Positions 56,641 to 64,000 of a DNA stretch of 64,000 nt are shown piece after piece. The translations under genes were made by a program, and so were the position numbers. A model generated the notes under the pieces. The model saw only the letters and a program-made list of their open reading frames with translations, ran no database searches and was not told the origin of the DNA. The first letter of the stretch is position 1, and each line of letters opens with the position of its first letter. Origin of the DNA: Paraphysomonas bandaiensis (taxonomy: Eukaryota > Protista > Chrysophyceae); NCBI GenBank assembly GCA_965644295.1, contig CBFFRP010000091.1, forward strand, positions 1-64,000, given 5' to 3'.

Positions 56641-57104
56641 TACAATTGTCATTCTCTTATGTAGATACTATTGATTTGAAACAAATTTACTAACGACGAC
56701 ACTTCTAAAGCTTCCAACCACGGTCACTATGGATTTTTTTCAGTATACTACATGTTATATTCGGCTACATATTAATTTACAAAGTGGCCATAGTCTCTAA
56801 TCAATAGAGCTGAGGAGATAATTTGAAATAAGCTTTCAAGAGATTATTTAGCTGGATACCATAAATATGCTGCTTGTAACGAGAAAATAATGTATCAAAA
56901 AGCATGGCATTCATCGAATTGAAACAATGTAATGAAATAAAACAATGGATCACGAAATATTGTTGATTGTAAAAAACTAAATACCAGTACCGCAGTAATA
57001 TAACAATTAATCAAGACCACCCTGCTATGGCCACATAATAAAAAATATTAGGGGACCGACGATTAAACACTGACGTCGTCCACTCATGAAGTATATCAAC
57101 ATGA

Positions 57105-57827
57105 TTAAATGGATGCTGATAAGGGTGCAGAATGTCTGACGCGACCAAAAGGGTCTGTAATTCCGCGCGGACTGTCATTCGCGACGTTTTTTCCAGACGA
57201 AGGAGTCGTAAAAGTAACATTACTTGGTTTGCTGCAAGAGTACTGTGATGTCGACACACTGACCACTCCGCTCTTACAAGGAGCACAGGGGTCGTGATTT
57301 TTGGGTTGTTCAGCATCTTCAGCCGAGTGAAATGACGAATTAGTGGATCCGCCTTGATTGAATGGACTGTTCGATGTAGGTTGGTACAGTGAGTTCAGAG
57401 CGCCCTGCATATCGCCGTCGTGTTGCTGAAGCGCAATCACAGCCTCTAACTGAGCAGAACTTCTGAAGTAACGGTAATCATCCGGTCTCCACCACACATC
57501 TCCGAGTATCCCGTTGTCACTGTATTCCTTCCTACAGGGTACTAGAACAACAGAGGCCTTTGGACAGAATGACACATGCCTGTTTCTCTTCTTCCTCTCG
57601 GCTATGTACTGCCGCATAGCGGTGGGGTCCACTGGGACATCACTAAGAGACTTGCTCCTCTTTATCTCCACGCCACTTGATCCTCCTGATAGCCGTGCAG
57701 TGTCATACGAGGGGAGATTAGGGCTGGAGTTAGACCGATTGCGCTGCACTCGGCGCCACGTCTGTTTTCTCGTTAGCATCATGGTTAAGGCAGAGTGGGG
57801 GACATGGAGTGTGTGGTCACTTTTCAC
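57105..57827 (-). CDS. Hypothetical protein with RHVSF...VVLVP..EY...WW motif
   Basis: 240-aa ORF with coding-like composition. Start may be the ATG pair near 57782. Confidence 0.65.
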   Translation of the reverse strand: MKSDHTLHVPHSALTMMLTRKQTWRRVQRNRSNSSPNLPSYDTARLSGGSSGVEIKRSKSLSDVPVDPTAMRQYIAERKKRNRHVSFCPKASVVLVPCRKEYSDNGILGDVWWRPDDYRYFRSSAQLEAVIALQQHDGDMQGALNSLYQPTSNSPFNQGGSTNSSFHSAEDAEQPKNHDPCAPCKSGVVSVSTSQYSCSKPSNVTFTTPSSGKNVANDSPRGITDPFGRVRHSAPLSASI

Positions 57828-60186
57828 ATACCAGATATAAGTAGACAGAGTCGGGTGGGTCAGTGCAATGATACTGTCAGATGTCTGCAGATCTGCCTCT
57901 CACCATCTCGAAAACATAGAAGCTATGATGGTATACGGTATACGCCCACTACACAACACGCTACACACATTTCCATATATTACTGAGCGTATTCCATCGC
58001 TGTACTTGAGGATACACTGTTGCAGTTGATGATGTTCTTTGTTTGTCCACGTACACACATATCGTACTAGTTGAAGTTCATCACCAGCAGCACAATTCCT
58101 CATTCGGTTTACCCCATTAATCCACTTGAATTCCGCCCGCCGCTCACTCCTGCCAGCAAGCATCCTTACATTGAATATGAATGAGGCTGGAATATGCTAC
58201 CTACTAGGTTTAATGACCCACTGCAAACCGATTACGGCAAACAATGAATGCTGTGATAGCAGTATCTACACACGGTATATAGTTCAGGTGTTGAATGAGA
58301 AATGGAAGGATGTATTCCGTAAAAGGTGATACCGCTGCTGAAGGCATTATAGTGAGAGTATACGCCCGCGAGAAGAAGCCCTTCCACTGGAACCACTACA
58401 TTTCTGGAGAAAATGTAATTCAACGATGTGCGTCAATATAAAATAAAGTAATATATTTTAGAACTATTGTCACAACGAAAAGAATCAGAATGTCGAAGTA
58501 AGAAGTTTGGAAACGTGACGTTATCGTATTTTGAACAGTTCGAACCAATGCCCGGGGTAATTTTGATCTCACAAACAGCAAACACCTTTATCATCTTCAT
58601 CAAAGTGTCATTTTATCGTTGCCTTACGTTATATATACGTTGTCGAATTAGCATTTTCTGTTTGTGCAGGCCACACAAGAAGTCTTTTAAAGATGGTTTG
58701 ACAGAAGTATCTGGAAAAAAATAATCGCTGTATTGATTGTGCAGCCACAGAGAGCGATTGCTCTGAGTTTTGACAACGCTCTCTTGGTATGCAATTATAT
58801 TCTAACGAAGGTATGCGAGGATATCATGTGTGGCTTTGGTCTCAAGAATAGATGTTATATTCGTATCTGTCGAAACGGCGACATATCAATAATGCTCCGA
58901 GACTCTTGTGTTTGTGGTTAGCATATTTGTTATTTCCAATATATGCTGTTTCTCCCTATTTAATATCAATATTTAATTTACCAAACGAATTGATTTCTGT
59001 CGATGGCACACATTCCTCATGCGATGCTATTTGTGCTTTTATGCTTCTATTAGTGGTAATATTGATGCTGTAAAAGAAAGTATGGAACGTAGCCTTTAAG
59101 GTAGGGAAACTACTAGTAGTCGTCAACTTAAAGCAATATTTGTAACATGTTATATATTTATATATGTATAGGTCAAAGAATCATGGTGCCTTGATATTGA
59201 TGTCTGCGAGTCATTTACTGGTGTTCTTGAGTAGATAAGGGTGTCAGAATATAATGATTAAAAAGAAATTCTCTCGTGGTTTAAGGAGGAGTTGTTTATG
59301 TGATCTTGGGCGGTTACCACAGGTATACCTGTCCACAAGTGAGCAGCTACACTTTTTCGATGAAGTTGTTACAATTCATGCTGGAGTTGTTTTAAAATAT
59401 CGTATTTGTATATTTATACGCAGTCCTCTTTACGGTGAGAAGACAATTTTGGTCAGCTCGTTGAGAAAACTTCCAGATGGATTGTGAGATATAATTTCGG
59501 TGAAGATTTTGTGGTCGGTGATCAATGAAGTAGCCATTATTTCCAAAAAATGAAATCTATTACTTGTTACGCAAGCCTGATGCCAGACTATCCAACTACG
59601 TACTGAATAACCCCGAGAGCAACCCCGAGTTTCGAAACCTTGACTAGAGACGATATCCTTTACCCAATGCTTGAGTTGTAGCTTATCCCCATGATATGCA
59701 AATGCCAGCAGGTTTAATAAAAGAGAAATTTTATTGAAGTTGCTTTGTGTTTGTGAGCTGTCATTTTGTAGTAGGTTATTGTCTACCCGGTCAATAAGGG
59801 ATATAGGGCATTAAACTTTTTCACCCCGGTAGTAGTGCAAGGTACTATTGAACTAGACACAGACCAAAAAACGTAACTGTAGAGTTGTGACTAAAGTAAT
59901 GTCGACTAGGTTTCCGTTATTCCAAATTAAGAATCACGGAAACCTGCCAGACAGTTTTGTCTGTTTGTATCAATTGGGGCTTAATAATATTGAGCATGCA
60001 TTCTCAAAGAAGTCACTACAATTGCACCAAAAGCATTATCCTCAGCATAAACTCACTTTCCAGACAGTGAATAGGGCAAAATAATACTACATTATTAGTC
60101 CTTGTGCGTAACATGCTAAATCAGGCACACACGCGTCAAGAACAGTGTATTCACAACAATACCACCAACCCTACCACCTAATATAC

Positions 60187-60508
60187 CTAAGGGCGGTGAT
60201 TGTAGTGGACCCTCTCGTATTCGTAATTTCCCCAAGTGTATGCAGTGACACCCAAAATAAGTCCAGGAAATGCCTCCAACAACCATGACACAACCTTGCC
60301 AAACACTTTCTTCGGCATGTCCTTGAAAAGAGACTTCGTTATGTTCTGCTCGAACGGGGACAGGTGCTGTGTAACTTGTCCATCCACATGGTAGTGTTTC
60401 GTCCACCACTGCAGATATAAATTATAAGTGGAGGTGACTATTAAATTCCATATCTACCTTGTCCATGTGGGACTGCTTAAGCAATGCTACAGTTCTTCGG
60501 AATGCCAT
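60187..60508 (-). CDS. QCR8: Cytochrome b-c1 complex subunit 8 (QCR8/UQCRQ)-like, 2 exons (60508-60458, 60408-60187)
   Basis: Spliced 90 aa MAFRRTVALLKQSHMDK/WWTKHYHVDGQVTQHLSPFEQ... with the LSPFEQ motif, one TM helix and a W..YEYER C-terminus. Confidence 0.75.
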
Positions 60509-60902
60509 TTGATCTGTATTAAATATAAATGAGCGTCGATATTAATGACAATAGTGCATTAACTGCTATGTATATTAGTAAGTGTATGTATGGTATTGTG
60601 CACAGCATGTCTCCACATGCCAAATAAAACCCATTTTACAGTCAACTCAGCCAATGCGAACCTTCAACAGTCACGCATTCGCAAAACTGAAAATACAAGG
60701 AGGAAAATGGAAAGCAATGGAAAAAAAACAGTTTTTAGTCTACAGAGAATACAGAATTGTAGTGTGTTGTATTCTGTATGTCCAGTTATCAATGATCATG
60801 GTTTGGGGCATGTATATATATGTTTATATGGACCAGATGCAAGTGGCCACCATAGTAACACCCTGCATCTGCCCCGCATCGCATTCATTTCCTTAAATTA
60901 AC

Positions 60903-62152
60903 ATGGCGCCGGAGTTCTGGAAGAAGAAGAGAAGCAAAGACAGCAAGGGCGGGAGGGCTAACAAGAGACAAAACACTGGCCCAGGTCCCTCCCACACCCT
61001 GTCCCCTTGGTCCCAGTGCCTTACGATAGATTACCTGCATGCTCATGGGCGTCCTAGGAATTACACTATTTCTGTTGCTATTCCCGGATCGATATTAAAG
61101 AATTCATGTAAGTGTGGTAGCTGCTCCGATGAAAGCTAGTGATTGTTCTTTTGCAGTGACACAGGAGTTAAAAACAATCTTAGTCGGACAAATTGCTCGA
61201 TCATTGGCTTTATTTCAAGTTGACGAGGTATATCTGTGTTTGTTTTGCTTAAACACTTGTTCGGCTGATGACATGTGTGCAGATTGTGGTGTTTATGGAT
61301 ACCGGTTCTGAACAGGCTGGTGACCATGAAAAAGGTCCCTCTGCATTTTTCTCCCGCCTTCTACAGTATGCCGAAGCTCCACCACACCTTCGAAAAAAAC
61401 TTTTTCCAATGCATCATGATCTCAAATTTGCAGGATTATTGCCAACATTGGATGCACCTCATCACATGAGACGTGACGATCGCAGTTTATACCGGGAGGG
61501 TGTAGTTACGGACCGCCCGGCTCAGTCTGGAAAATGTTATGTAGATATTGGCCTTGGAACGGATGTTCTAATTGACCATGCACTGCGTCCTGGCGTTCGA
61601 GTTACAGTAGAAGTGCACTATGCTCCAGCTACTGGGCATGGCCCCCCTATTCCAGCCCGAGCCGAAGCTGTCTCCCCAAGCGCCCCTCGTGAACTGCACG
61701 GGCTGTATTGGGGGTACCAGACGCGACTTGCACGATCCTTGGGAGAAGTGTTTACGGGCTGCCCGTTCACATCACCTGCAGATGCTAAACAGGACTCGGC
61801 GCGTACACAGGGATACGATTATATGATTGGACATACAACAGAGAGTGCGACCCGGTGTCCTATGTCTGGCCCTGCAGATCAACAGCGACGTCAATGCTGC
61901 TTGGATGATCCCACATTCCAGCTTCCCCGTTGCAAACACTACCTTTTAGTCTTCGGTGGATTAAATGGCCTTGAGGCCTGTGTTGAGGCTGATGAGGCGC
62001 TCACAACAGCTGCGCGTGACGCCGATACACTCTTCGATGCGTATTGGAATTGCTGCCCCATCACTGGAAGTAGGTCGGTTCGAACAGAAGAGGAGCTATT
62101 AATGTCTCTATCAAAGTTAGTTCCAAGGATTAGAAGCTCCCATTCTTCTTAG
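60903..62152 (+). CDS. SPOUT1: SPOUT1/CENP-32 (C9orf114) family SPOUT methyltransferase, 3 exons
   Basis: YTISVAIPGSIL, GQIARSLALFQVDEIVVF, LLQYAEAPPHLRKKLFPMHHDLKFAGLLPTLDAPHH, GLYWGY, LLVFGG, GSRSVRTEE. Confidence 0.9.
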
Positions 62153-62199
62153 TCTATAACGAGAGTATTGACAACATAATTCTAATAATAGTTTCTCCC

Positions 62200-62790
62200 C
62201 ATTTAGCCTAAAAAGTGTTTTTTACCTGAACAGAACGCTCATGTTAATACCGGGCAAATATAGACATTCAACTTCAATAACCGGTTTAAACTGAAACTAT
62301 CTTCCATCTTTATCTCCATTTTTATTCTATCCTTTGTATGATGTAGAAGTTCATAATGACGACAGTGCAAGTGATCCATCTTCATAAGCAGGACTTGGAA
62401 ACAATTTCAAGAATTTTGCTGAAAATTCATATGCTACATCTGATCTGATGTCAGGGTTAGGGTCATGTCGTGCTCATCAGGATTATGTGCCTCACATCAA
62501 ACGAAAAGCAATCGTGTTAGTTGCACTGGCAGAGATTAAGCGCGTTGTTTATAAATGTGATGATAATGCCAACGACAACAAGAAGCCTCGCAACTACAAT
62601 ATTTCAAACTCATCATCACACTTTTATATTCCTCGCAGTTGCTGTATTGCCTCAGCAGACTTCTGTGATAGGGGTACACTTGCAGCTATTATTGGAATTA
62701 GGGGATTTATTGTTTTGAATACGTCTTGTGCGATTGCCATTCCCTTGTTTGAAACAGTACGTTGAATTTTTAATTGTTTTCTTAATGTTA
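62200..62790. repeat. Dispersed repeat family B copy
   Basis: Similar to 56.0-56.6k in several blocks (see that feature). Confidence 0.7.
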
Positions 62791-62900
62791 ATCAGGAAAC
62801 ACCTATTTTCTCTTACAGCAAGCAAGCAACAAACACCTATACGATCTAGGTATTAGGTTTTCAACATCATGAGGATAAGATATAATTAAACCTGGAGATA

Positions 62901-63672
62901 TATTGAAAGTCTTATTATTAGCAATAGGCGTTAAAAACCTGTACCAACTTAGTAGCTAGATGAATGCTAGACAAACTAGTTAGACCTCTACTTGTAGCTA
63001 ATCAGTACACACTTTTTTTGTCCTACTATTTAACGCTAGGGAAGCTGCTTGTGCGTCGCCGCAAGCACCAAGGTGTGACCACTTCCGCTCTGAGTTCTTA
63101 AGGTGAACATCCCGGATGCTTGACTTCAGCAGGCAGCCCAATACCCCGGTTACCCTTCAGGTGGGCCCATTCCCGGATGCCTATTTTTCGTCAGGGCCCA
63201 AAGACGCCTACACAAGTGACACTTATTGGTGTCCCTTGTACCACACAAGCATTCGGCTATGAGTGGGCAGAACAATATCTGCTGACTATGCTTGCGGCTC
63301 ACCTTAGTTTCCCAGAGAGAATCTCTTCGGTACTTATATCCTATAGAACACCACGAAAAGGTGCAAGTCCGACTTTGTTGAAGAAACCTGAAGATAAGTA
63401 GTAGTAGTAGTAGTACTAGTGAATGTCTTATTGTTAGCAATATAGGCGTTTGACGTCAGAGTTTTTGAGTCCTTAAGGTGAACAGCCCGGATGCTTGACT
63501 TCAGCAGGCAGACAAATACCTCGGATGCCTGTTTATTCGTCAAGGCCCAATACCCCAGTTCCCTTCAAGTGGGTCCAGTCCCGGATACCTGTTTATTGGT
63601 CAGGTGAAATAACTTCGGTACTTATCCCCCAAAATACCACGAAATGGTGCAATTCCGACGTTGTTGAGGGGG
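62901..63672 (-). repeat. Two head-to-tail copies of repeat family A separated by a (TAG)n run (~63397-63420)
   Basis: Both copies run from TTATT.TTAGCAATA..GGCGT to GGTGCAA.TCCGAC.TTGTTGA. The second is internally deleted and rearranged. Confidence 0.85.
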
Positions 63673-64000
63673 ATAAGGAATAAGGAGTATCGTCCTTTGT
63701 CAAAATATTAAAACTCGGGATTTTTGACCTCATTTCAAAATTTTGAGGGCGGGATGATAATCTCTTTATTACCCGTAATTAAATACAACTAACCCACAAT
63801 TGTGTTAACTGAACTATGTGTACCTATGCATCTAACATGACAAGTATACACTGTGTTAGAAATAGACATTTTTAGTAATAAGACCTTTGTTAACACTTAT
63901 ATGGAATATTATATAATTATAAGAGATACCATACTTCATTCATTGACGTTCACCAACTCTTTCTATCTCTACTACACCAACCATTTCTAGTACGATCTTA

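Noticed and set aside
63150-63215. Hammerhead ribozyme (Penelope-like) in repeat A, from CTGACGA on the minus strand
   Set aside because: The CTGANGA core is not conserved in other copies (TTTACGA, TTGTCGA, TTGACGA), and I could not place a GAAA core with stems.

Overview
Eukaryotic, intron-rich genomic DNA with short GT-AG introns. It is probably from a flagellated stramenopile alga or protist (inference from the PTSxPT-repeat protein, betaine lipid synthase, WDR90 and SAM-kinesin-13). About 16 protein-coding genes can be assembled by splicing: a PT-repeat mucin-like protein, kinesin-13, a PCIF1-like methyltransferase, a peptide deformylase-formiminoglutamate deiminase (PDF-HutF) fusion, an arylsulfotransferase, an MFS transporter, ASCC2, WDR90, a BtaA-BtaB betaine lipid synthase, a class 3 lipase, QCR8, SPOUT1 and several hypotheticals. 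Many are arranged as divergent pairs, and most upstream regions carry the palindrome GTATAC. Gaps on the 3' side of genes hold two dispersed repeat families and a 5'-truncated non-LTR retrotransposon flanked by a perfect 55-bp duplication. The best candidate for an undescribed system is the 4-exon, 686-aa PDF-HutF fusion (11844-14181). It may be a bifunctional histidine-catabolism enzyme in which a deformylase domain without a transit peptide replaces HutG. No rRNA, tRNA or CRISPR array was recognised. Exon boundaries and family assignments were made by eye, without database searches.
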